A stretch of DNA of 64,000 nt from Girardia tigrina (taxonomy: Eukaryota): the NCBI GenBank assembly GCA_001938485.1, contig MQRK01230776.1, forward strand, positions 10,558 through 74,557, read 5' to 3'. The translations under genes were made by a program, and so were the position numbers. Position 1 is the first letter of the stretch. Each line of letters begins with the position of its first letter. The notes below the pieces were generated by a model. It saw only the letters and a list, made by a program, of their open reading frames with translations. It did no database searches and was not told the origin of the DNA. Below are positions 26,601 through 38,796 of the stretch, piece after piece.

Positions 26601-27875
26601 TACAGGAAAGGTAAACAACAATGCTGATGGACTATCTCGTATAAAACAAGCTCTTTGCTCACAATGTGAAACTACACATAGTGAGGCTAAAGAGAAAAGG
26701 TCTAGAGTGCGATATTTGAATTCCTTACAAGAAGACTGTGATTTAATCAAAACGATCGAAGAAAGGCAGCGTTCTGATTTAGTGATAAAAGAAGCGTTTG
26801 ATACATTGATAGATGGCAATGAAAAATTTTCAAGCGTTTTTAAGAGAAGCTATCTATACAAATTGAGAAAACAGCTGGTAATATCAAATGGACTGTTGAT
26901 GGTCGAGATAAACAACAACCAGTTGACGATCGTACCTGAAGGATACGTATATGAACTTAATAAAAATATACATACCGATCTATGTCATCTTGGAATTAAA
27001 AAGATATTTAAATACACGCAGGATAATTTATACTGGCACTCTATGTACGAAACTATACAGCAATGTATAAACCAATGTGTCGTATGTGCAAAGATGAAAA
27101 TTGATCAAACAAGAACGAAAGAAACTCTATTGCCCCGAATCAGTAACAATTTCCTAGATCAAATTGTAGTAGACATCGCACACATGGATAAAGTTGCGTC
27201 CAACAAAAGATATCTGGTGGTCATTATAGATAGATTCAGTAAATTAGTGAGTTTAAATGCCGTTTCCAAACAGGATGAACATACCATATTTAAATGCATT
27301 CTGCACAATTGGATTTACGGGTTTGGGAAACCGTCACGTATCCTGATGGACAGGGGAAGACAATTTCAGAACGCATTTATGAGTAGTAGTTTGGGTCAGT
27401 TACAAATCAAACAAGAATTCAGCTCGCCCTACCAACACCAATCAAACGGTTTGGTAGAACTGGTGATTCGAACAGTGAGAGACATGATTGCCACTTCATT
27501 AAAAGGGAAGTGTATAGAAAAAAATTGGTATGATCTATTGCCACGAATCGAGTTTAGCTTAAATGCCACCATACAAGATTCAACAAAGTTCTCACCTTTT
27601 GAAATCGTTTTCGGACGAAAGTGAACATCCATTCCGCAGTTGGTTGCCATACTAAAACAAGAGATGAGATTATTGCAGAGGCCCGGATCAATTCCAGAAT
27701 GACAGCGGAGAAAATGAAAACATATCAAAATTCGATCCGAGGTGAAAGACATTTCAAGGAAGGGGAGATGGTACTGGTCAGGGTAGATCCTAACAAAAGG
27801 AACAAGAATGATTTCCAATATGAAGGCCCATACAAGATCATCAGGTTTACTTCGCCACATCAGGTAGAAATCTAA
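23646..27875 (+). pseudogene. gag-pol of the gypsy element (frameshifts/stops near 24300, 24612, 25840, 26425, 26620, 27622; several N gaps)
   Basis: Consecutive ORF-track fragments carry gag, CCHC knuckles, PR, RT, RH and IN motifs in gypsy order. Confidence 0.92.
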
Positions 27876-27945
27876 TTTCCACATGATGTGAAAAAGAGAC
27901 GCATTGAATGGTTGCAACGTTGGACGGGTTTCAAAAGACGGGGAC

Positions 27946-28032
27946 AGTTATGATATTAAATTTAATTTGTTTTAATAATATATAATGTTATAACTGAACG
28001 TGTTTTTGATGTATAATAAACCTATCGTAACT
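27946..28032 (+). repeat. 3' LTR (87 bp)
   Basis: Preceded by purine tract, followed by AAAAG TSD. Confidence 0.95.
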
Positions 28033-28900
28033 AAAAGAATTTAATTGAAATAAATATAATTAAAAAAAATTAAAATTTAAAAGTTGATTAATAATCAGTT
28101 TGAAAACCCGAACAACTTCATTTTTACTATTATCGTTTTCGTTACTTGCCAGTATGTGTACCGAGTATGAGTGAAATTGGAATAATTGAGTCAATTGGCT
28201 TGCCTGATTGGTTTACCAAATAGAGCAAACTTGTCGGCTCCAAGGGGATTGTAATCACTTTTAATAGTCATCTATTACTGAATCGAATTTTTTAACCAAA
28301 TTTTGAAAGAATTTATTTTGACTGAAATAAAAAAAACGAACTATTTTGACTGGTAACCTTTTGATTAATGTAAAAACAATCAAATTACCAGACACAAAAA
28401 AAATGTAGTGATAACCCGATTTTTTTTTAAAAAAAATAAAATATGTATAAAACCGAATATATTTTGTAGAATAAGATAGTATAAAAATTAAATTCCTTGT
28501 TACACTTTAGTTTAGTTACAAAAAATAAATAAAAGATTAATATAACAGTAACTGCGATAAATAGTGTTAGAAAATTATAATTGCTAATCAACTAATTATA
28601 ATAAATTAATAGGAACAATGACTATAAAAAACAGTATAATCAGGTGAACAATAAAGATAAATAATTAATTCGGAGGTGGAGAATATTTCGGGTTTAATAT
28701 TGTATTTTTTCTTTGAAAACAAAATTAAAGTAGAATCGAGTACGGGTAAATATGTGGAATTAGATAACGGGTGAAAATGAACTGGTTGAGAAATTCTTGA
28801 AAAGTTTAGTTTCACCAAGTAATCATCCCACAAAATCATCTGGGCATAATCTGATACAAACATTCCCACTGTTCCTTGACATTTAATTTCTTTTCTTTAA

Positions 28901-29445
28901 TTTTTACCACGTTTTTATTAGCTTGCTTTCTTGTCTGTTTGTCTGTCTGGAACAAATCTTGTGATTGATTTTTCGACCACTTTCAGTCATCCAATTGAGC
29001 TGATTTTTTTTATATAGGCTTGCTTCCGATGACAATACAATTTGATAAAAAATATTTTGAAAAAAAATAATTTTTTCTAATTTTTTTTGCAAAAAACCAC
29101 TTACGATTATCTACAAATTTATACACTGTATTAAATAGCAATCTTTTCGTTTATTTTCATGAATGAAGTTAAAACTCTTTCAAATTACCAAATAATTTTA
29201 TTTTGAAGATTGAAATTTTTTCAAAAATTTTTTTTCAATTAATTTTTTTACATTTTATACACACACATATGTATATATTGAAATAATCAATGGTTTTTTA
29301 CCACGTTTTTCTTAGCTTGTTTTCTTGTCTGTCTGTCTGTTTGTCTGTCTGGAACAAATTTTGCGAGTGATTTTTCGACCACTTTCAGTCATCCAATTGA
29401 GCTGAATTTTTTTATACAGGCTTGCTTCCGATGACAATACAATAT
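28901..29445 (+). mobile_element. Two tandem 5' segments of a Helentron/DINE-1-like non-autonomous element (28901-29040, 29296-29445)
   Basis: TTTTACCACGTTTTT start in a T-run, (GTCT)n microsatellite, then CCAATTGAGCTGA(A/T)TTT core; architecture typical of HINE/DINE-1. Confidence 0.55.
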
Positions 29446-29702
29446 TTTAAAACATTTACGGCTCTACATAAACCGTATATGCTATAATTAAATAGCTTAT
29501 TTCTTATACGGGAAAATAATCCGTGTTAATGATGTACGGAAAAAATTAATAAATTGAACTAATATTGTGAAAATCAAGTGATAATTAAGTGTCGAAGTAT
29601 TAAAATTAGGTTTAAAAAGTTTTATTTTGGTTTTATTATCATTTCTGTTATTCGAAATCAATCGAACGATTTGAATTCCTAAATGATAACTAAAAATAGT
29701 TA

Positions 29703-30070
29703 AATAATATTATTAATAAAAAAAATTTTATAAAAACAACCACGTTTTTTAAGCATTACCAATCCACTAAAAAGAGGAAACTAATTTTTTTCTAGACATG
29801 TGCAAAATTTTATGCCTAACCAAAAACGTGTGGCATAGAAATGATCGATTGTTACTAAAAAGCAGTAACTTTAAAATAATTTGTTTTCTTTCACTTCCTG
29901 ATAGGCGAAATTCTTCCAAAATTTAAAAATTTAAAAATCCACCCCGTTTTGGTTAGGAATAAAATTTCGCACATGTCTAGAAAAAAAAATATTTTCCTCT
30001 TTTTAGTGAATTGGTAATGCTTGAAAAACGTGGTTGTTTTTATAAAAAAATTTTTATTAATAATATTATT
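29703..30070. repeat. Foldback element with ~128-bp inverted arms; partial inverted copy at 31615-31880
   Basis: Arms 29703-29830 and 29942-30070 are reverse complements and contain ACCACGTTTTT/AAAAACGTGGT. Confidence 0.85.
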
Positions 30071-31614
30071 ATTAGCTTACTTTTCATAAGTATACATATA
30101 TATATGTATCCATGGAATTTAGAAACCAATTTTTGAAGACATTCTACTCAATCGATTTTCTTCAAACTTTGCACACTTTCTCATTCTCGATGACAATAAA
30201 TGATTATGTAAAAATCTGATCGAAAAAAACTTTTTAAGATCCCAAAATTGGAAAAAAACAGAAAATTCGGAGTCCCAGAACAATAATAATTGCAAGATAT
30301 CTATTTATAAATTATAAGTAGTTTATATTAATTTTTATTGTGTTTTTTAAATTAAAATTTTAAAATCTTAAATTTTAAAATTTTAAAAACTTTGTTTTAA
30401 AATTTTAATTTTTTGACTTACTAGTCACAAATGAAAAAAGAGAAAGGATTTAACAATTTCCTTTTACTGTGATATAGCCATTGCATTCTTTCTCTCTGAG
30501 TTAGTTTGTTATATTGAATTCAGACTTTTACGATTCAATGAATCTTATTTGTGTATTTTATAAAATAAAAGCTCTTAGATTGTTCCTGAAAAAAATATAA
30601 ACTTTTTGTTGTGAACAATGACTTATATATGTTATCTCTGGATTCAGGAAAATATTTTTCCAGGAAAAATTATATAAGGACTATAAATCAAGTTATAATT
30701 TGGAGTACTTTGTAAAATATATAAGTCAAAATCACATTTTTATCTTTACATCAAAATTATCAGTAACAGTGCTCTTGTATCCAATATCATCATTTACTAT
30801 CATTTACCATCGTATATCATGGTAAGGCATCACTACAAACATTCATGTAGTGGTAGGTAACCTAACATTCATTATTTTCTTCAATTTATGTGTTATTAAA
30901 ATATAATTCGTAAAGCGGTATTAAAAAAATAAAAATTAAGAAGAACTAAATACTTTTTTATAAATCAGACAACTTAAAACCAAATTAATGATAACCTTTC
31001 AAATAAAATAATTATTACAAAAGAATTTCAAAATATAGTGGCTTCCACATACATCAAAATGGCACTTGCCAAAACAAAATTTCAGTATATCTGTAGTTTG
31101 ATATAGCCACAGCATCACCTTCCATTACCTAAGCACTGATATTTAGTCGGTACAATAACATATCTTCGATATATACTGAATGCACTGTATAAAGAATATT
31201 AAGCATTCTCCTAGAATGAAGAAAAACTTGCTATCTTACAATATCAGGATTAAATCTTTACAAATTCTGTATATTATAGATATACTTGGCGCGAAAGATT
31301 CGAAGAACATCATAGTGAAAGTATATGTAACATAATATATTCTTAGAAAAAATAAATATGATCTAATTACGCCACAATCCAGACTAATGAGACATAGTGT
31401 ATTTGCCCTGGGATATCAATTTTATGATTTCATTTACATTAACAAATTAAGGGATTCAGAGATAACAGTAATATACGGAAACAGGTCAAAAACACCCCGC
31501 ACAAAACCCCTGTAGACAAATACCCCCTAAGATCAATCCTATCCAATAAATATTAGGTGTATAACATAGTTTTTTGGATTTTTTGCAGAACAAACAAGTT
31601 TATTTATATGACAT

Positions 31615-31880
31615 AAATACCTAACCAAAAACGTGGGGCGGATTTTTAAATTTTTAAATTTTAAAAGAATTTCGCCTATCAGGAAGTGAAAGAAAACAAA
31701 TTATTTTAAAGTTACTGCTTTTTAGTAACAATCGATCATTTCTATGCCCCACGTTTTTGGTTAGGTATAAAATTTCGCACATGTCTAGAAAAAAAATTAT
31801 TTTCCTCTTTTTAGTGGATTGGTAATGCTTGAAAAACGTGGTTGTTTTTATAAAAAATTTTTATTAATAATATTATTTAA
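31615..31880. repeat. Inverted partial copy of the 29703-30070 foldback element
   Basis: Reverse complement of ~29700-29962 including the unique spacer. Confidence 0.85.
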
Positions 31881-32255
31881 TATCTATTCCATGGAGATAT
31901 TGATTTTTTTTATTTTAATTTATCATTGAAATTTTTTAAATTTTAATTTTAATAATTAATGAAAGGGAAAATAGTTAGATAGGATTTCTCTGTCTTTTCT
32001 TCTTTTAACTTTTAACATTCTTTCTTCTTTTAGCAATCTTTGAACCCTTTATAACAATCCTTATAATTAAAGTAAAAAAAGTAAAACAAAACAAAAATAA
32101 AACAAATTCCATCTAGACCTAAAAAACATGATCCCATATGAATGTTTAATTATCATATCATACCTAAAAAAACTGACACGTTATGAAAAAAATTCGACTT
32201 CGTAAAACAAATATAAATTGTAGTAACCCAAAATTTAAACTATAAATATTTATAA

Positions 32256-32298
<43 letters not shown>

Positions 32299-32479
32299 CT
32301 TCAACAAAAAACTATGAAATCAAAAAAAACGTGGAAACTGTAAAACAATTGTGATTATTTCTTTATATTTGTTTTACTGTACAAAACGAGAAGGTCAATA
32401 AAATTGTAGATAAACGATTTGCGTCTTTAAAAAATACGAGATTGGAAAGTATTAAAATATCGATCGATAATTTGTTCCA

Positions 32480-33511
32480 CGCGAATATTTTGTCTCTATT
32501 ACTGGTTCTGTTTAGAGAAAGGAATTTTTTCTTTGGCGAACAATGAGTTGCTTAATTCTTGATCACTATGGGCTAGATGGAGGCCTCGATTTGAATATCA
32601 TAATGTTAAGGCCTGGTAAAAAGCATCCATGTTTACAGAAGTATCTAACAATGATCTTCAGCTGCTTATTAGCTTTTTGAGATGTAGATCAGTAAATTCT
32701 GCTATTTCAAGTACCACAACCCTAAAAATGCTGCTGCATTTGTGGATTCTTTCTGAAAGTTTTGTGGGTCGGGCATTTTTTAACAAATATATTGGTTGTG
32801 ATGTCAAAGATAAAATGGAAAGAGCTGTATTTTAATTTGATGATCCACCAAAAACGGCTAAGTTAGATCTAGTTTCCTCAAATGAACTTCAAAAGAAATC
32901 AGTTACTGACTTTGTAACAAAGAAGAGTATTTCACTTTTTACAAAGCTGAGACTCCAACACGTATTTCTCAAATTACCCGACTCACAGTGGTTAGAGAAT
33001 ATCGATTATCAGGTAGCTGCCAGAGCTGTTTCTAACTTACCAGCTACAAACGATCATGTTGAAAGAGTTATAGTTCTCATACAACAGTATTCAGGATCCT
33101 TGACTAAAGATGAAGATCAGTTGCAGTTTCTATTGCAAGTTGTTACAGAAAATCGAAAACGTTTCCCAAAAGCTAGCAAGAGTGCACTAATATCACAATA
33201 ATGCCCGAAGTGAAGTAACTGATAATGACTGAGGACACTATATTAATTTTATTTCATCTGTTATATAGTAATAAATACTTACATGGTTATAATTAATGTT
33301 TTAATATCTACTTGTAAATAAATATGTTAAATATACAGCAAAAAACGCAATGTGCCTTATTACCTGCAATCTTTTAGGTTCTTGAGTGACCTGTAAATAT
33401 TAATATTATGTCTTTAAACTTTTCAATTAATGTTTTTATATGAAATGGACGCTTTTCTAAGGGTCAGAGCTTACAAAATTAAAAAAAATTATCATAATAA
33501 TTTAGGCAACC

Positions 33512-33515
<4 letters not shown>
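32480..33515 (+). mobile_element. hAT-superfamily (hATm-like) transposase 3' remnant with right terminus
   Basis: HLWILSE..V..AFF, ATNDHVERVIVLIQQYSGSLTKDEDQLQFLLQVVTENRKRFP; terminus ...GGCAACCCTAA. Confidence 0.75.
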
Positions 33516-33563
<48 letters not shown>

Positions 33564-33632
33564 NNNNNNNNNNNNNNNNNNNNNNNNNNNNNNNNNNNNN
33601 NNNNNNNNNNNNNATATATATATATATATATA

Positions 33633-34415
33633 TATATATACATTGTAAGGTAAATTCTATATAATAGGGATAAAAACAGGACGACGCGTTTCGAGATAAT
33701 AAAAATCCCATCATCACGTCACAAATGTACCAAGCAGGTACACTATATGGAAACTTGCCGAAAATAAATAAAATTTATCCAATAAATTATTGGATAATCA
33801 ACTCAATTTTAACCTTCCCATCAAACTCTAAACAATCCGAAATCTCATCGATGCAATTTGACTGAAATGTCTGACCAAATGGACTAAAATAACACATTTG
33901 ACCACTGCAAAACAATCGCACACCGACTTAATACATTTTGTTTTGAATTCCTTCGTTCTTTCCAAGTTGTTCAAAAAATAATTGATTTTAACGTCAGAAT
34001 ATATACATTGTAAGGTAAAATCTATATTGTATTGAATGTGAGAAGTTTCATCTCAAAGATTAGCTTTTGGTGTGCTGTAAGTTGTCATCTTTATCATATG
34101 TCTCCGTTACCTTGTAAAGTACGGAACGAAAGAGAAAACATATCGTTTTCTCAAATGGCAATTGATAGCTGCCAATGGTTGGTTTGCGAGAGTGAGATTG
34201 ATTGCATTTAGTGCATTTTTCTTAATTTTAAGGAAAAGTGAAATAAAGTTATTTTCATCCAATAATTTATTGTATAAATTTTATTTATTTTCGGCAAGTG
34301 TCCATATAGTAACAAGGAAAATTAAAAAAAATTAAATTTTATTAAATAAAATTAATTAAATAAAATTAATTTTTATTATATCGAAACGCGTCGTCTTGTT
34401 TTTATCCCTAATATA
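33633..34415. mobile_element. Penelope-like element remnant with inverted pseudo-LTR pieces, embedded in (TA)n
   Basis: Inverted repeats 33665-33800 / 34255-34410, direct repeat ATATATACATTGTAAGGTAAA at 33633 and ~34000, minimal hammerhead motif, (TA)n on both sides. Confidence 0.6.
33680..33720 (-). ncRNA. Minimal type I hammerhead ribozyme motif (C3 position is G; possibly inactive)
   Basis: Minus strand GAC-GTGATGA-T-GGGAT-TTTTATT-ATCTC-GAAA-CGCG-TC-GTC: 3-bp stem I, stem II, palindromic CGCG loop III as in Penelope-associated minimal hammerheads. Confidence 0.65.
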
Positions 34416-35358
34416 TATNNNNNNNNNNNNNNNNNNNNNNNNNNNNNNNNNNNNNNNNNNNNNNNNNNATATATATATATATATATATATATATGTTTTT
34501 ATACATTTATTAAATAAATGTATAAAAACATTCCAAATACATTCCAGAATCGTGCATATTGATAAATTGTTGTCTGTTGATTAAAATTCTTCTTTAAAAT
34601 CAGAAAAAAACATTTAAATTGATTCCAAATAGAATTTCATCAACAGCACAATATTCAACATTTGCATGTAGAAGTATGCATAATAATGAGAGAAAATAAC
34701 AAAATCATTTCAAACATTTCTCTCATTAACATACTATCACCTTAAAGAGATACTTTCAATAAAACAATTCAATACTATAAGTGGTCTCTCAAAACACTAC
34801 TATTGAACGTAGTGATAAGTTTTATGCCAACCCTCAGACAGATGTGGGTATATGTATAAATATATGTATATATATATATGTATAAATATATGTATATATA
34901 TATGTATAAATATATATATATATATATATATTATTTTGTGAATTATAAAAATTAAAAGAACAATTCCCAAACAAACTTTAAATTATTTTCGTTGAATTTT
35001 TCATTCAATGAAAAACATTGTGACATTTTTTGCAGAATAAAAATATTTTGAAAAAAATAATTCTTAAAAATCTTTACCTTTTAAATTACTCTTTCATTTT
35101 GTACCGCCATTTGTTTACTTTTAAATAACTCTTATGGCAAACATTGTAACGCTAAATCATAGACGAAAGTTAATACAATGATAATACAATAGACGCTGGT
35201 TATTCCAGTCAAAATTTGTGATGTTATTTTATAATTCATCTTTGTCTCAAGTTGATTGGAATAAAATATTTGTTAAAAAAATACAATAAAATTCTTTTAT
35301 TTTCAGTTTCTTATTGACTAAAATATTTGTATTTTTAAAGAAAACTCTTGATCAAAAG

Positions 35359-37765
35359 AGTTAGAATTTATTAGATATGTGTCCAGTTAGATAAAACGTT
35401 GTTTTAATAATTATTTGATTATGTATTTGCTTGTCACATTTTAGAATTATTTAATAAATTTTATTGTAGATGACTGATTTTCTTACTGGTGACCACGCCG
35501 AAATAAATGCAGTTACCAGAGCGAGGCGAGAAAAAGAAAATATTTTCCAATTTACCACAGAAGACACAAGAGTTGTTGGTTCCTAAACCAACATTTTTTG
35601 ATGGAGTATCCGATAAAGCTGAAGATTGGATTCAAACGACCAAGGATTTTGCAATTTTCAACCACATGGAATTGAATTTTGCATTCGATATGTTACTGCG
35701 AGGGGTGCCAAACTGTTATGGCAAAAATTCAGTAGCCACAGAGATAGTATTGTCAATGAAGAAGTGGAAAATGGTTTTCCGAAACATTTGCTGACGTGCG
35801 GATAGTTTGTGACAAAATGAAAGATTTGTCATTCGTTCAACAAAGAGCTAACGAGAAGTACCGAAGTTTTGAGATTAGAGTTCGGAAAATGGTGAATGAC
35901 GTTTTCAATCTAAAGTTACCCGCAGAAGAAATGACTTGATTATTTGTATTTCAGGGACTGAAATGTGACAAATTGAGAGTCTTTTGCATTGGATCTTTCA
36001 TTAAGTGATGACAGGCGCCAAGAACTGACTAGCAATTTGGAAAAATTGACAGTGCGTCAGGAGATCAATGCGGTCAAACCCAAGTATGCCGATATGGTAT
36101 CCAAAAATACCAAACCAGAGTATGCGCCTCAGTTTACACAGCCCAGTCATTCTGTACGACAGCCTTCCCGAATTCCAGACAGATCACAGTCTATTGTCGC
36201 TAATAATGATCGTTTTTTTATAATAAATATTTGCGTAACACAACCCCATCTCGAGATCAGTCTGAAGATCGATATTGTCAGAATAATAAGCCTCAGAGAT
36301 CTATGAAAATGATAGCAAAGGAGTTTTATAATAAGTGTAGATGTATTGCCCCGTCGAATCCAGAGGTTCTCCGTCCCGGTGCATCTTTCTGTTGTGGAGA
36401 CATAACCCATCAAAGAAGAGAATGTCCCTTGAGAAATCGTTGTTTAATATGCGGTAAGTACGATTAAGATTGTTATTTGGCAACAAAACCAAATCAAATT
36501 TCCCAAAGAAGAATAATGTGCATCCATGATGATGAAACTGATGACCCTATCGAAGAAAAATTACAGGAAATTGAAGAAGATAACGACGAAAAAAACCGAT
36601 ATCAACCCCTCGTGCCTATCTCATCGGTGGGGTTGAGTCAGTAAATATTATTGAAGGTAGATATAGAGGACGAAGAATGAGACAGGTGATGAAAGAGAGG
36701 ATGTTCCAGAAAGCAGATGGTAGAATATAGAGTTTGATGGATTGTAATGGAATTAATGTTGAAATGTTATTGGATTCCGGTGCTTCAATCACAGTTATGA
36801 GCGAAGATAACTGGCATCGGATAGGAAGACCATATATGCAGAGATCAGACATTAAACTTTCAGGTGTTTTTTCTACAAGTTCTGAAAGGTGTTTAGGTAA
36901 AATATATGTTGATATTTTGTGGTACGGTGTTAAGGGGTAAAAAGAAATAGTGATTGTGCGAAATATATCCCCTGGATTTATTGAAGAAATCGATATGATG
37001 AGAATGTGTGGCATAGGCTTAACGGAAGTGAATACTATAGATGCTTCTGACTTGGAATTGATATTTAATAATCGTGATCGTATTACTGCCGCATTAAGGA
37101 GTTTAATTGACAAGTCAAACTTGCCATTAACTTTACCTGTTAAAGAATATGGATCAATTTTTGTGGCTTCAAAATTTGATTTAGGCCACACAACGGTAAT
37201 AAAACATGAAATCCGGACTACCGGGTCCACCAATTTCTGCAAATCCTAGACGCCAGCCCATGCATCTTAAAGAAAAGATTGATAAATTAGTGTTTGATTT
37301 ATTAAAAGGTAATATTATTAAGTCATGTAAGAGTCCTTATAATTCTCCTCTGGTTAATGTACCGAAAAAAGATGAATCCTTCAGAATGTGCTTAGATTTT
37401 AGACGACTGAATAATGTTACGGAGAAATTTACATTTCCTGTGCCGGATATTTACACATTGTTGGATACTTTAGGGGGGTCAGTAATTTTTTGGTCCATTG
37501 ATTTAGGTCAAGCGTATTATCAGGTGGAACTGGATGAAGCATCAAAATTAAAAACAGCTTTTAGTACTAAAATCGGTCAATTTTGATTCAATCGCTTACC
37601 GTTTGGATTATGCACAGCTGCAGCAACTTTCCAGAGCCTTATGAATTTATTGTTTAAGGATTTGCTTTATAAAGGAGTTATTGTATATTTAAATAATATA
37701 TTAATTTATGCTAAGAATGAGAAAGACCCTTTAAGTATATTAAAACAAGTTTTTACAAATTTGTC
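35359..37765 (+). mobile_element. 3'-truncated Ty3/gypsy element related to 23559-28032 (5' LTR 35359-35487, gag, PR, partial RT)
   Basis: LTR candidate AGTTAGAA...TTCTTACT, PBS TGGTGACCACGCCG, MLLDSGAS protease, ASKFDLG, SIDLGQAYYQVEL, VYLNN (decayed YLDD); many stops. Confidence 0.9.
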
Positions 37766-37783
37766 TAGGTGCGCCGTTTCCAT

Positions 37784-38011
37784 AACGACTCTAAGTCTTA
37801 AGAACATCTGGATAGTGCATCCGTGTTTTATATTGCAGCTCCCTGCAGTTATCCCATCCAGAAGCTCTGTACTACGGAGAATCAATCTCCGTAAGCGCAC
37901 TGGAATCCCTTCTTTGTGTCACAATCTTTCCTTTACAGTCTCGATCCCATCGTTCAGTTGGACTTCAAGGAGAACAGTTTTACCTGAAATTGTTCTCACG
38001 CATATTTGAAT
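37784..38011 (-). pseudogene. Ubiquitin/NEDD8-like domain, degenerate
   Basis: Exactly 76 codons IQICVRTISGKTVLLEVQLNDGIETVKERL*HKEGIPVRLRRLILRSTELLDGITAGSCNIKHGCTIQMFLRLRVV, colinear with ubiquitin; one stop, GG replaced by VV. Confidence 0.88.
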
Positions 38012-38796
38012 GCTTTCAGCTCTCTCGCTCACATTCTTTGAATCTTACAATGATCCGTCTTCTGCTAACTTGGCTGTCGTCTGAAAGGCTTTCAATGTCC
38101 TTTCTCCTTGAATATCTGTAATTGTAGTTATTTTTTCAACTCTCCCCAAGACTTCATTCCGAATTTGGATTCCCCCGAGGGACCGTCTCCGGTTGTGCGC
38201 CTTATCATCTAGAATCAGAGATGGGCGTCTCATTTTTTTTGAGTGAGAGTTGACCCCTCCAGACAAATCAAAGCCTTTCCACATATTGCTGCTTAGCAAG
38301 CTTTTTCCTCGAGCATTTGAAGCGATTGCCACTCTCGGCTCCTGCAACGCCACAGGCACAGAGAAATTACGAAGAGCTTTCTCACATTGGTTGAAAAATT
38401 TCACCCCCCCCCAAGTCGCAACAAAAGAGGGGATGAAGTAATGAAAATGTTTTTTATTTTATTAATAATATAAAGTATATTTTTAAAATTATTATAAATA
38501 TTAAAACTACAAGAAAAAATATCAATTTTAAACTTTAAACAAAAGTCATCGTATAAAATCACCTCGGTTGCCGGCGGCTGCCGACAACCACACTCTGCTA
38601 CCAAATTTTATCGTTCAACAATTTGCGTAGTGAGGCTGCCGCGCTTCGTCTTTGGAGTTTCTGAATTCGCTCGGAGACAAATTATATCGTCGCTAACCTT
38701 AAGTGAACAAAGGCACTCAAAAGTCCGCCGAAACTCTGCATTGTATAGCTACCAATCGTCAATTGTGGTCCTTAAGAGGACCGTATTTCTTTCGCA

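Larger units (their letters stand above)
23559..28032 (+). mobile_element. Full-length Ty3/gypsy LTR retrotransposon (gag-PR-RT-RH-IN), reading frames disrupted
   Basis: 87-bp LTRs, AAAAG TSD, PBS TGGCGACCACG, PPT AAAAGACGGGGAC; LWDSGAS protease, MPFGL/YLDD RT, LDTDAS RNase H, HHCC + D,D35E integrase, GPY motif. Confidence 0.97.

Noticed and set aside
30700-31450. Moderately GC-richer stretches as exons of another gene (also 2312-2700, 4487-4900, 12430-12900)
   Set aside because: No consistent open frame or recognisable motif by eye
35346-35359. 14-bp match TCTTGATCAAAAGA with 42951 as the far flank of gypsy element 2
   Set aside because: Too long for a TSD and expected by chance in AT-rich 64 kb
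38565-38590. GC hairpin as a Helitron 3' end
   Set aside because: No CTRR terminus at the expected distance on either strand
38570-38604. LVAECGCR resembling a TGF-beta/BMP C-terminus
   Set aside because: No upstream cystine-knot cysteines, spacing is one residue short, the frame continues past CR, and the motif belongs to the module repeated at 56 kb
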